Source: Phoronis australis (Eukaryota > Animalia > Phoronida). From it: a stretch of DNA of 64,000 nt. Numbering within the stretch: the first letter of the stretch is position 1; every line of letters begins with the position of its first letter. Below are positions 38,527 to 52,300 of this stretch, piece by piece. Under the pieces are notes generated by a model that saw nothing but the letters and a program-made list of their open reading frames with translations, was not told the origin of the DNA and did no database searches. The DNA is taken from NCBI GenBank assembly GCA_002633005.1, contig NMRA01001017.1, positions 5,524 to 69,523 of the forward strand, written 5' to 3'. The position numbers and the translations under genes are program-made.

Positions 38527-41500
38527 GTTCTTCCATCTTACTTTCTACCATCGACTGCTGCTGGCATCTAGTGACAAAATACTGAGTGCTGCACCAGTCC
38601 TGTACATTGCTATAAAAGAATATTTCTATGCTCATGTTTGTATATTTTGATATTTTCAAGCCATTTGGACATCTGTAGTTATGGTTATCCACCTTTCTAT
38701 GCTTTGCGGTAAATTCCGGACATTCAAGTTTTGAAACTTGTAAGTTTCCTTATTCATATTTTAGCCAGCTTTATGTACCAACGTCTCAAAATTGTTGTTT
38801 TATTGAATACGTGATGAAACCTGTTTCATTGAATCGATTTTGTGCTTGAGATATAGATTGGACTTAGAGTCTGAATTTTGCATTCAAATGTGCTTTTCAT
38901 TACAAAACCCGTTCTATCCGCCTTCAGTGGGAGATCAGGATAGTGATGGTCCGTTCATAAAGTTCTAGGGTTTAGTTTTCTTATTGGCGTTGGACGTCAA
39001 GGTAAGGTTGGTGTAGAGAGCTGAATATAGCCATCAAACAGCGCAAGGTGCAAGACCAAACCAAGTGCATCTGCGAATACACTTTTAATAAGACCGATCA
39101 AATATAAACAATGTATGAATATAACACCAGAAACGTTTAAACTCATTTGAACAGCAGAAATACAGTGTCTTTATAATCAGGTTGGCGGGTTTGTTATTAA
39201 GTGACTTTGTCCGTCCATATTCTGTGGCTTGGCTTGTTCATCGTCACACTTCTATAAGAAGCCAAATCCCAAACAGAGGCCAGTCTCCAATAGTACATCA
39301 AAATTAAACAGGACTTGGAATTTTCTTTTTTTAGAGGAATTTACTCTTTTTTGGTTTTAATTTCCTCTTATTTGATTTACAGTTTCCTCTTTTTTATCAT
39401 TATTTTAACTTAATTCATGCAAAATTGTTTATTTCAGTTAAATTTTACAACACAAAAATATTTCTGTCACACAAGCATATTTTATTTGTGGAACAATACA
39501 TCACCTGCGATATGTTCCTCTTTTTTTGTCATTGGTCATTCCAAGCCCTGGTTAGTCTGCAATTATAATAATCAGATCTGTCGCCTTCCAAAAGATAATT
39601 GGTCAAGGTGATTTCTTAGAGCTACACGGTGCTTGTACCGTAATTGTTAGTCTCTATTAATGTCCAGGTACAAAGCACGTCCAAAATTAACATATAACCA
39701 GGCTTCCATTAGGTTTATGGTGATTTGCATTACAATCGTTATTTTGTTATTGTCAATCACTGTTGTAACTAAGAATACTCAAGACATGTAATTAGGAATC
39801 TTGAAATACTATCTCGAGTAGTATTTTTGACATCACTTTGGAATACAAAGTGATTCTCTGTTAAAAGCTCATGATCTTGCCTACCGTAAAATCTTCCCAA
39901 TTTCGGATTAAAGTAATAAAAATTGTGTCTGTCATTTTTCTGAATAGGACCTTTAACTGTATAATTATATCATTCTTCAAAATAATGACAAATCTTCAAT
40001 GTGGTTCCACTTCTTTGTATCCAAAGTTGGCAAAATTTTACTTTGCATGGAAAATACTGACATCAGTAAATAATGTGTACTTGCATTCTTGTGAAATTTT
40101 ATGGAATTTGTCAGAAATTTGTGCTCTGAATAATATTCATTTCACAGTGAGTTATTTGTATTATTATGCTTGTTCAATATAATGCAGCAATTGATGTCGA
40201 GGTTTTACTTTTTGGCAACTGAACGCCAATAACATACTCACCAAGTGACCTTAAAAATGCCGACTCGAGTTATCAGAAAATTATGCTTATACAATACACT
40301 CCAACATTACTGGGACAAAATGACATAGAATTCCTCGTCATGGGGAATGAGTGTAGGCAGAACTACATGTAATCATCACCAAGGCCAAGTTCAAGAAGCA
40401 GACTACATCATGGGAGGATCTGGAGGGTCATTCCATCAGTCGGATCTGGGAAACGAAGATTTGCGTACACCCGATTATTTTGCCTGCCTTGGACATTTTC
40501 TGCACTCAGTGTTGTCTTGCACAGAATGGTGTCAGGGTGATTGTACAGCTAAGAAACTTGAAATTCAGTGAACAGGAAAAACCCACACAGTGCTAATGTA
40601 GTAAAGCCAATATCAAATTTTCAAACTATAATGAAGGGTTCCACCTCAAAATGTGAACCAACGCAATGACTTCCACAGATGGTGCTGCAAGTGCTGCCTT
40701 CTTTTGGTGATCAAAGTTTGCAGTTCTAGTTTCACATTGCTTTGTTGACTGTGGTGTTCACATTGCAGCTGTAAACTGGTTCGTTTCACTTAGAAGCTAA
40801 TGGTGTCCGCTCGGACAATGATTGGTTGTTGAATGTATTTTTAAGAAACTGCAAATGTTGGTGTTAGCGAGTGGTAGCAGCTGAAGAAAAAATATCAGAA
40901 ATTACAAAAAAAATGCAACAGCAATATCATTTTGAAAATCCGATGATCCTAAGTTATTACGAATGCGCTTTCAGTCCTAAAATCTACGGCCATATTATTG
41001 AACAGATGAGGATGACGCGGAACTTTGAAACACCAAAAAGACCTGCTATGAGCACCAAGGAACTGCGTTTCAGTTTTGTTACTACGTTTTGAATATGAAC
41101 TCGGTAAAATTTCGGACACATGGTGAAGTAGCAAAAAGAAGTGCTTCCAGTGGACACTGCTTGGATACAATTTTTTTTTTGGTATTCAGTCATGCGAGAA
41201 GCCTTTGAAAAATGAGAAAGCGACCAATTTGATGATTATATTTGTCTGAACTTGGCCCAATTCCACATAATTTTAAGAGAAAGAAAAAGGAAACAAAACA
41301 GGGCTAGTCGATACATGTTCATACCTCTCACTAGCAGACCTACTTGTTGGCAGCTGAGTTGTATCTGCAAATTGGTATGTATGTGCGATGGTGGTAAACA
41401 TTTGGGTGAAAAACGGTATGCAATACTATCGTATGGGAACAGTTGCCCTTTACTTAAAGAAACACCATCGGGTTTTCATGGCTGAAAATGCTTTTTGGGA

Positions 41501-41669
41501 ATTATTGTTGGATGGGATAAACTTCTTGAAGTTATTAGCTTTGACCAGAGTTATGAAACAACAAAATCTGCTGTTTTTTGTGATTTCAAAAAAATCCCTA
41601 ATTTTCGCCGTTGTCTTCCACCCATTCACTGAGATCAGGGCTTAAAAATTGTCACATAATTATACAGTG

Positions 41670-41745
41670 GAGTTGAGCTCAGCCAGCTAAGTGAGTGATT
41701 GTGACCTTTGAGGTTGTGAGTTTGATTTCACCTTGGGGCTGATTT
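41670..41745 (+). repeat. Degenerate tRNA-like (SINE-head) sequence
   Basis: AGCTCAG ... GAGGTTGTGAGTTTGATTTCACC, A/B-box-like but not a foldable tRNA. Confidence 0.35.
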
Positions 41746-43328
41746 CAGAAAACCACTTTTCTTTGAGATTGCGTCACTTTTTAAATTATATTTAAATTGT
41801 GTTCTTAGCAAACTGACATGCACTACTAACAAGATAAAAAAACAACACTACATAAAAAACAAGAGCTGTGTAAAGACACTCATGAAAGAAAGTGATTTTA
41901 AGACATACGAACAGGACAAAATTGTTACAGAAAAATCTCACTAATATATCATGGATAAAACAGTAATTTTGGACAATTTTATCCCAGTGGGTTCAGAATG
42001 AATTGTCAAGCACGACTCCAAAAAGGTTAGACGAATTATGGCACTCTTAAAACCTAAAAACAGAAAACAACATTTTCTAACAAGCATTTACTTTGCACAA
42101 CTGTCAGAGTGAACTCGATGAATTAGTCCTTAAAACAACTATAAACCCACGTTTCATCCAAAAAGCCAACTTTCGCGAAGAAGTGACTTCTTAGTTTGCC
42201 AGTGCATAACATGATACGCCAAGACAAAAAAAATGAAGCCAGCTTGTACAGCCAGTTCTAAAAAATAATGAACTGCTAGCTGTTTCGAGGGCCTGATATC
42301 GCCTCCAGATTGACTTAGGAACAAACTGAGACCAATTTCATATTTAAAAAATTGTTTAAATCAAAATCCGTTTTTGTGATGGAAGGTGAGTTTAGAGCCG
42401 CTTTAAAATATTATATAATATTCAATTTAACACCAACGCAATACCACAGACATTTAACAAGATGAATGAGCAATAAAATACATTTCCCTCTTACTACTTA
42501 AAATGTAAATTACAAATCACTTTCCAGTCGCAAATAAACAAGTCTCAATCATCTCCACAACATTTGTAGCATATAGAGTTGATTATGATCAGGAAAGCAG
42601 CCATTCAAGGGATTTCACAGTTTTTCAGATGCATTCTGGGATAGTTGATGTCTTGTAAACATTCAGACAACTTGTGGCCATATAACCAGATTTATTTAAT
42701 ACTTTGCATTTCAAGTGGAGATTTGACTTCAGCGAGATCAGATCACACGTGCCTCAAGAATATTTCCCGCACACGATTTGCTAATCTATATCAACGCACT
42801 TTGTAACCTTCCGTCAGTCTTTTGTTTTTGTATGACGATTACTTGGTCACACTCGCACCAAAAACATGTTGCAAAGGACCTGTGGTTTCGATTCTGGTTC
42901 ACACGAGAGACAAATGTTGTTTCTCATCAGACTACACATCACCAAGTTGTTTGTCATGTCACGGGATGTTTGCAAGCTTGTAACAGTCCCAGAATGCATA
43001 GCGACATTTTGCCAGTCACATATAAAATCCCCAACCTAAAGGTGAAAGATGACAAAATGTCCCAAGACAACCAAGCATTAACTGTATTTCAACTTATAAG
43101 TAAATGGAATGTCAAAAATATTTGCTTTCACCCTGAGAGATTGAATAGTGTGATCGATAAGAGTTTCCAATCTCACAACATAATTATTTTATTACTTTCT
43201 CAACCTGTTCGTCGATGTGAATGTAATTTAGTCTAAAAAAGTCATTTAAATACAGCTATATGCGTCATTATCGGTTTAAGCAACAGTACAGCTGCAGGTA
43301 AAATACAATCTTACACATTTCAGAGCAG

Positions 43329-46300
43329 TCAAGGTACTTTAAATTCTTCTTTGGTGTTATCGCAACTCTGATTTACAGCAGTCTTGAGGAATGTTCGTTC
43401 CCTCTCCTTCTCCATTAGAAATTCAATTCGTCTGTGAAGAATTTTCTCATTCGCATTGTTAATATATACCACTAACGTCTTGGCACCTGAAAGTTAAACA
43501 ACGATATTCTTCCAAGATGGCGATAGTCTTTGAATCACAATTAATGTGTGCAATTTGTGGATATTTTACTTATTATTTAAAATTAAATGACGTTCTAATC
43601 TAAATTATATAACCTGTTAGGACATCGATCTTTGTCTTAAAATATTGTGACTTGGCAATCACCTTGAATACAGAAATGAAGTTTCGTTTGGTTAGAATGA
43701 AACTTAATTACTGATTCCCACATAACAACCCACTCTCAATATTACAAGTAAGACTTTCTGTGAAGTCTGTATTTCAATTAAGAATGAAGGTGTTGCCACA
43801 GGCCAGTCCGTGTATTCCCAAGAAACATGTCAGAGAGAACGTAGGAGGGGAATTACCCCAAAAGTTTGAGAAGTTTTGATGGTACAATTTATAGGCGAAT
43901 TTTAATATTCTCATACATTCTAAAGGTCTGAGTTTTTAACTGGTCCAACAGGAAGTATTTTTAAATTTATAAGTGTACAATATCACCAATAGGTGTCAGT
44001 AGCCACAGAAGAGAATTTCTGATTATTTGGTTAATTTATTCTCTCCAAACCTATTTCTTCAAAAGTTTGCCAATTCTATTAGAAAACCCACCACACAGTT
44101 GTCTAGACCACTTACTGTATAGTTCTGCTATGCTGACCAATTCCTGCACATCTCCTGTCTGGAACATATCGCAGACTTTCACAAGGTAGGACAAAATATC
44201 GTTTGGGCAACACTCAAATCCCTGTAAGACGACAACTACCTTAGAAGCATCAGGCGAAAATGGTCGGATAAGCACCTAGAAATAGATCATAATAATCAAT
44301 AATTATTTGTTCATGACAGCAAATGATTTCCAAACATACAGTAGTGATTGAAATTCAGCAAAATTAGACAGAGGTGAGTAAAGCAATAAGGGCATCTGTC
44401 TAATGGTGCCCCCTGGCTGAACATATAGAAACTTAACTTCTGAATGACACCACTTCAGACTTTGTGAAAAAACCTGTGCCTAGGTTTGTCATGTATGGGA
44501 TACTAGACATTTTGCACCTTGAGAATTTGCCGTCTTTAACTAGACAACAATAAGACACCACTGCTACTTCAAATAGATCTATTACTATGCTCACCCTCAA
44601 GCATTCAAAAGGATGATAAATCACAATTGCCAGCCACTAGCATGCTGCACCCCTAACCTTCTGGTTGTTCTAAGTACTCCGTGGACCCTCCTGACCCAAA
44701 AATGTTCCATCCTTCTCCACGCGCAACCCCAGACCCATACCCTAGTCACCCCATGTCTTACAACAGTCAGGCAAATTCAACTAGAGTTGAACTGCAGTAA
44801 AATGACACGGAATCATGTGGACACAATTAACCTGGTTGACATCAGTTGACCATTCATGCTAAATGGCGAGCCATGCCTGAATCGAAGGGCTCAGGGAGGA
44901 AAAGGCTAAGCCTATGGCAGACCTCCCACATAATTTACTACTCATTCAGAGCCTCAGCTTGGTGAATAAAAATAGCTGTATGTAATACGTTAACACCAAC
45001 CTTACGGAAGCAGCTTGACACAATGTAAATGAGTCCGACTGTAAACCGGGTCAAAAGGTCATACACAACCAAGGTCAAACAGCTTCCTTGAACTAGTACC
45101 TGGAATATATAACATAATATTGTTGTAAAAAGTATGGAATTGTTTCGTTGCATGATTGTTTTGTCAAGCAATGCAATGAAAAAAGTCATTTTGATTTAAG
45201 GTCATGTAGGACCTCATTCACAAGACAGTGCATTTAGCAAATAATCGATTTTTACTCAAGTTACTCAGTTCTGCATAATTTAGTAAAAGTGTATATTTTT
45301 GAAAATTACAAGTTTGTAGAGTTTGATCTTTGACCTTTAACCAATCTGCCATTAATCGGGTCACATGACCACGATGTCTTTCCAGTAAAATTTAGCAAAC
45401 AAGAAAGGTACAATGATAGCAAAACAATGGTAACATAAACAAATTTTATTTGTCTTGATAGAAATGTTCAAAATGAAATCTCGTAACAATTTTCAAAAAT
45501 ATCACACAATTCCCAACAGCGCTTTTATTTGAAGAACAGCACATAAAGCATGGTATCCCAAAGTTTCACATGAGCTATTATGTTAGCCAAATTTTTCTTG
45601 GGCCCTACTGAAGGGTCTTTAATCTCCTGGACAGCTGTACTACAATTAAAACTGCAATTTATGAGCAAACTCTCAATGATGGCCTGTGATCAAAGTCAAA
45701 ACCTGACTTGGCTCATAACACAGCAGCTTTACAGGAGACACTGGGTACAACGTGAACACTCGTAATTCAACAGGTGTCGCCACTATAGGTTATAACAAAC
45801 ATTTTACAAAAGCCCCCGGAGGTTCAACCGACCTTTAAATCCGACACTATCAATGTTAGCAAACATTCCTTTGTCTTCAGCTCCCCATCAGTTGGGTAGT
45901 TATCAGTAGTGACATCCACAATGCGAATATCAGTTAAACGACACTTTACGGGGTCTTCCAGAATGTGGCATCGAATTTCGTCCTCAGTGGGCGTGGCAAC
46001 GGACGAAGTAACGACAGCTGGATCCTGCTTGAGTACCTGGAAAAGAAATTCATAGCTTTAAATCCATTTTGAACAATTCAGATCATATTGTGTGGTGAAC
46101 ACTGAGCTGAAGCTGTGTATATATATAAACTGCAATTGATCCATGAGGACTGAAAGCTTCTGCTGCATCGTAATAATCTATGATAAATTGTAAACTAAAG
46201 CAGAGTGGATCGAAAATGACTGAAATTGCCTGGTATATTCCATAACCTAGCTCTGTGCGGGCTATGGCAAAGTAAGGAAAAGGCTATTTAGTACTGAAAT

Positions 46301-49300
46301 TCATGATATCTGAGGAACTTAGATATTTTGAACAGAAAAATAAGAATACAAAACAAATTCATAGGTCAACTAGAAATTATTTTTTTGGAAGTCATAAAAT
46401 GTTTGCTTGCTTAGATTCTTCAATAAAACTACTTTAAATTTTCAAAAGGCATTGTTCAGACAAACAAAACACAGAGTTCTACAAGAACGCTTTAGACAGT
46501 TTCACAGGCATACCTCGCAACACTCGACCACACTGTTGTACTGTTGAAGTGTGTGCATGGAACAAAACTTGGAGTTGTGTACCCTGTCCATTTTTTTACC
46601 CATCAATGGTGTCCATGACAACGGATCAAGTGGCTCACAGTGTACAATCTGAAGGCATTATCAAGTCGGAATGATCCTGAAACATGGCTTTGGCCAAGGA
46701 GTTAATACAACAGTATGCACTGGACATCCCTTGTGTCACCAGGATCTTAAGGTCGTGTTGGACTCTATCAACAAGTTAACGTATTTAGCAAAATACCACA
46801 AAATGAGATTTTAAACCTGTAGAAATACATATTTTCTGAATTCTGAATTTCTGAATTGGATTTTGTACCCTTATCGATCTGCCATTAATATGGTCATGTG
46901 ACCATGTCCTTTTAGCAGGGATATACCTTTAACTAAACCTGGCTAATCGCCAACTGGGCCACTAGCTTTCAAAGTTTAGGAGCCCAGACTAAAAGCTAGG
47001 GGGCCCAGATTTTTGAAGGATAGTTGCGATAATAACATGAACAAACAAGATAAGGAACAAAAACTGGAGTCGGCGCTTAAATATAAACATGTGTTTAGAT
47101 CGACGGTCATACATAAAACTATGTAGCTTCCAATAAACAGAAAAGGGTTATTAAACGGAAAATGTACTCAACTTAATAGTAAGTTTGTAGGAACCATGCA
47201 GTGAGAGGAGTCACCCCATTAAAAAATATTTACTTTTCGTGTGCGAAAGAATTGCAACATAGATCGTTGAATTCATGACATACCAATACATAAAAAATGC
47301 CTCTGAGCATATTCTGCATTCGGCTTCAATCATGTCCAGCTGTCACGATCGCAATCAATAGAGTCTATTACCCATTCAAGAACACAATTCTAACGATACC
47401 AACAAGTGTTCAGATGTGAGCTTAATATTGACGAAAATATTAATTAAAAATAGTCAAGTGACAATCACCCTTTCAAGAACAGAATTCCAATAAAATCAAT
47501 AAGTGTTCAGATAATGTGATTAACATTGACAAAAATACTAAAATCAATATTTCCAAAGAATAGAAGCAGCACTTAACATCAAGAAATGCCAAACTTGCTG
47601 TGCGTAGAGATATTTAATTCAACATACAACTGCCACGGTAACAGTCATAAACAGGAAGTCGGATCATGCTTTCAGCCAAATATTTCACTGTCCTTCAACA
47701 GAACTTACGGAAAATATGCAAAACAATAAACAATTGACTGCTCTTTCTAATGATACCAAATTCATCGTTTACATACAATCTTATATGTAAAAACATTACA
47801 CAGAAAATGTCAAATGGGATTAACATTAACCTCACTATGAACTCATTGACAACTTGGAAATGTCTTAAAATTCACATCATAACTTTCAGGTTTCCAGGTC
47901 TATCTAAAACTTGATCGTTTTTGACGAGAACTCTCTTTTTGGATACCGTACCTAGGTCGAAGTATGGTAATTTGTACATCATTTTAGGTACGACCATCGG
48001 TGTATGTACTTATTCAGATTCAAGTGCTGACTTCATATGGACTGTCTCATGAAATTGGAATTTCCCAGCAAAGATTTTTTTAATACGCTTTATTGTATAA
48101 ACTGCAACACGAAAACTTTCACAGTGTCACAGATGTCTGACATTTTTGAACTTTTACAATGTGGTATGCAGGTCTAAAAATATTTTTTACTGGGGAAATT
48201 GGTGCATTTGATGCCATGTTCCGTGTCTGTAATCCCATGACCTCAGTGTTCACCGTCCAAGAGATTTAAAATGATTGAACGTGTTTGTTTTCTTCCAAAT
48301 GCTCGTTATAGCTGTGTCCTAGGTGTTTGTCGTGTTTCCTTTTCCGGAGATCTGAAACACCGTCTTCGAAACGCCGCATACTATACTGAACAATTTGCCA
48401 ACTTCATCTCCCAATCTCTGTACAACGTGCTGATGTATTTGATTGACCTAGATTTGTTTTAATTGGCCTAGGTATATAGTTACGCATGTACTATTAATAC
48501 TGTGAGGGATCATCAGACTGCATTATACGGACAACGCAGTATTTATCCAAACTTCACTTTGAAATGCGAGGACGTAGTCAGATGTAAACTGAAAATACCG
48601 ACTTTGATGAACTATAGTATTATTCCCATGGTACGTCATGTGTTGAAAAGATATCAAACTGCGAAAATACTTTATTGCGTAATCCAGTTACTTCGCTTGT
48701 AAGTGTCGACATGATTTCGTGAATGTTTAGAAAACAAGTTAGTATTACTAATTATAAAGCTAGGTCACAAGCTGGGCGACAGAACTGACAACCGTGCCAA
48801 CAATACATTGATTGACCAAACTTTGTTTAATATTATAATATTAAATGTTCATGGTGAAATCACACAAACACTGAAACAGTTTTCTAAATAGTGATTTTGT
48901 TTTCGTTTTATGCAATTTGAGAGCTTTTCAATGTTTTATAGCCTCTCATACAAAAGTAGAACATTATAAAACAATTCCTAACAATGTTTTGGAGAACTGT
49001 GCATAAAGCATGATTTGTGAAAGTTTTGTATGAATCCAATCAGATATTTTAGAGAGAAATTTTTACAATTAAGATAGCACAATTTGGATATTTTTCTAGG
49101 ACATAACCTTAATAAAACGCTCTCAGGTGGAAACAAAACTTATTCAGAGATCATTGCTTTAAGCCTCAAATAACACAGACTCAAAAAACAAAATCAAATT
49201 ACATTGAATGCTTCTCAGTGATTCACGATTCACAAAATGCACAACTCAAGTATTGAGCATGCTTATCACGAATTAATCTTAAAACTTCTTCAAGCTTAGA

Positions 49301-52300
49301 CTTCATCTTGCACAAGAAAAAGTGATTTATAATTTGAATTCACTGGAGAAATAAAAAACTGCTATTATGACAAAATTCCTCAATAAGAAAATTAAACTTG
49401 CCTCAAACCAATGGAAGCTGTCGTTATATTCGGTGGGTTTCCATAGTAACACTTGCTGTCGCCACGGTAGAGATTCCAAGTTTTTCCTGTCATGAAAACT
49501 CCCTGACAATCGTACATCCACACTTAGGCATCCTGAAGGTTTGTATACAGGCTTGGGGACCACCTTATTGTAGTAGGGCAGTCTTTTTAAGAAGCAAGCA
49601 TTCAAATAATGTTCTGCACATTGCTCTTGCAAGTCGTTCAAGTGTTCACTCAATTCTGGTGTCATATAGTTGAAGCATTCCAAGTTTCTAAGTATGGTCT
49701 GTTTCTGATAGTCCATGAATTTTTGGCAGCACGCAATGTGTTGCTCAATGTAGGAAAGTGGTATTTGATCTTTGGTGAATAACACATTTTCATGCAAGAG
49801 ACTACAGGAATCTGGTATTTGATCTTTGGTAAATAACGCACTCTCAGTCGATAGACTAGAGTCACCTGAAATGCAAGAAGGCAATTACCAACAATTACCT
49901 TTTTGTACACTTGCTACTAAACTGTCTTTCAGTTTCGTTCACATTCCCAGCAAAACATAGACAACATCAACAAAAAGAAAATAACTTTGTTTGCAGCTAA
50001 CTTACTGAAAAACTGCCTCAGCGTTGGCAGAAGTCTTTCAAAGTCCTCTCGACCAATGAAATGTTTGCAGACAACGTACACCTCTGAATTCCCCGACTTG
50101 CTTGTCGCTGGCTTATGAATGTGGACCTAGAAGGCAGAGTTAGGTCTCAGTACATTGTATTACACGCTACCCTTTGTGACAGTGCAAGGTAAAATTTCAC
50201 CGATTCAGGACACAATTTGTCTTCTATTTTATTTTCAAAAAAGATAAAGTAGCACCAATTAGTGCCGTACCATCTTGTCTTCCGTAGTTACTATCAGACA
50301 ATATTCTGAAAAACTGCAAGCATACGCGTATTGAAAATTACGGAAAGAAAATTTGGCAATTATTATTGGTTGAAACTGATAAGACTTCACTGTATAAGGA
50401 ATAAAGGATATCGATAAAAAGCCGAAGGAGCTGTATAAATACAGAACAAGACGGTTTCAACATACCTGTTCAAACAGACAGTTGAGCAAATACAGCAAAC
50501 AAATGGACTGAGACTCGAACGCGGTGAACATCTTCAGAACAAAATGGCCGCCATCGGACAGGATGCTCAAGGCTGTCGTCACCTCGCAGTAGTGAAGTTT
50601 AGACACAATGGACTCTTGTTCAGCGGGATTACCCTGGCAATTCACGGAACCATCTGCAGTAACCTAGGATTATAGTGATACAATAATTTTGAGTCAGCTA
50701 TTAAAGTCAAAAGCAACTGTTTTTAGGTTGCCATACTATAGAACCCTGGTTGTCTTGGAAAAATGTTCCATGTCAATCACTGTTTCCTTGCCTTCTATTT
50801 ACTAACCATACAACAGTTGAAAGTAACATTAAGATCATTTATGTCTCGAGTCAAAGCTACTAACTTCAAGTAGTCTGTTCCATTTAACAATCCCCAAAAC
50901 TGTATAAAACAGAGTGTTCAAACTTAGTAATTCGGCAACAGCAGCGAAATGCTGGCATATCCTTAAATTTTACACCCAAATTTGAAAGGTTGTGAAGTTA
51001 TGATTTTACGATAAGACAAAGCTATGGGTCCACTTTTACAACTAAGCACCCTTTATTGTGTTAAAGACCAAATAATATTAATAAAGTCGTTTTTATTTCA
51101 TTACCAACTCCACATGACCCATCTTTTTCACTTTGCTACACAGGCCCTCATAGACCCAAAGGTCCAGTATGTCGCCCACACTTGATGGTCCAAAGTACCA
51201 GCGATCTGGAGTGTTCAGAACGAGGCGGTCATCGGGAATCATTATTGACAGACTGGATCCCTCGTAATGCGGATTGAGACTATTGGCTAGCCAATCCCAC
51301 TTGAAGGAGAATCCTAAAATTTCAATAAGCAACTTATTAATTATGAGTAGCTTACAAAGTGTTGCTTGAATGGGTAACTTCATGTAACAGTGCATCCTGT
51401 CATAATGCAGTGTTTTAATGCAAATATTACAGAAGAAAATTAATTCGTTTTAAACCCACTTCGAACGATGTTCTGATTTTATAAATGCAATTTCTTCACA
51501 GGCGTGTTTGCTCTTCCAAAGCATCGTCATTGTCTCTTTATCTTTTGACAGAATTGAAATTCGAAATAAGAAATCGCCTGGAACTCCTCAATCATAGCAA
51601 TTGGCACTATGCAACTGACAACATAGCAACATAATGGGCCTGGTTCGAAGCAATAATGACCCGTCAGCTCTTCTCAACCCTAAAATTCATTTCTAATCTG
51701 AGTGGGGACAATTATTGTATAAAAGAAAGTGGCCTTAATCAAACGTTGGATTTTGTCAGAAAGCATTAGGATTATTGTCTCATTATAAATATTGTCAACG
51801 TTAAAAGTAAAAACTTCACCAAGTTTATTGCAACGGATCTGGTTTAGAAGCAATTAATGAACACCACTCAGACCACAGTAATTGTGAAAACCACAAACCG
51901 CACTAAAACATCTGTAGTGTTAGACAAAAACGGAATAATTTATTTATTTAAAGACAGCACTGTATGTGACTTTAAACACATCCATGCTGTACCGTGTTGA
52001 AATACTAGCTTTTCCAATTTCTTCCTGATTAAGACCACAGCTAATATCAATCCACATGTCAGCCACCACAAAGGTGTCAACAGTCTCTAGGCATAGCACC
52101 CAATCAAGACACGGGATCCAATCCACAACTGACAAGTTGACCAAACAACATATTCATATATGTTATGTTGCCACCCTAAAACCAGGAATTTGCATAACTG
52201 TGCACCCCCAGGATGGTCTACGCATACATTGTACATTGCTATACCCTGTGACTGTTTGACACTACAGAGACCCACTTGGAAAGCAATGATGTCACTGAAG

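Noticed and set aside
39500-40160. Possible decayed minus-strand coding fragment
   Set aside because: Only short stop-riddled frames in AT-rich DNA; no motif recognised.
42778-43236. 152-aa plus-strand ORF
   Set aside because: Antisense to the probable CMTR2 3' UTR, with no recognisable domain.
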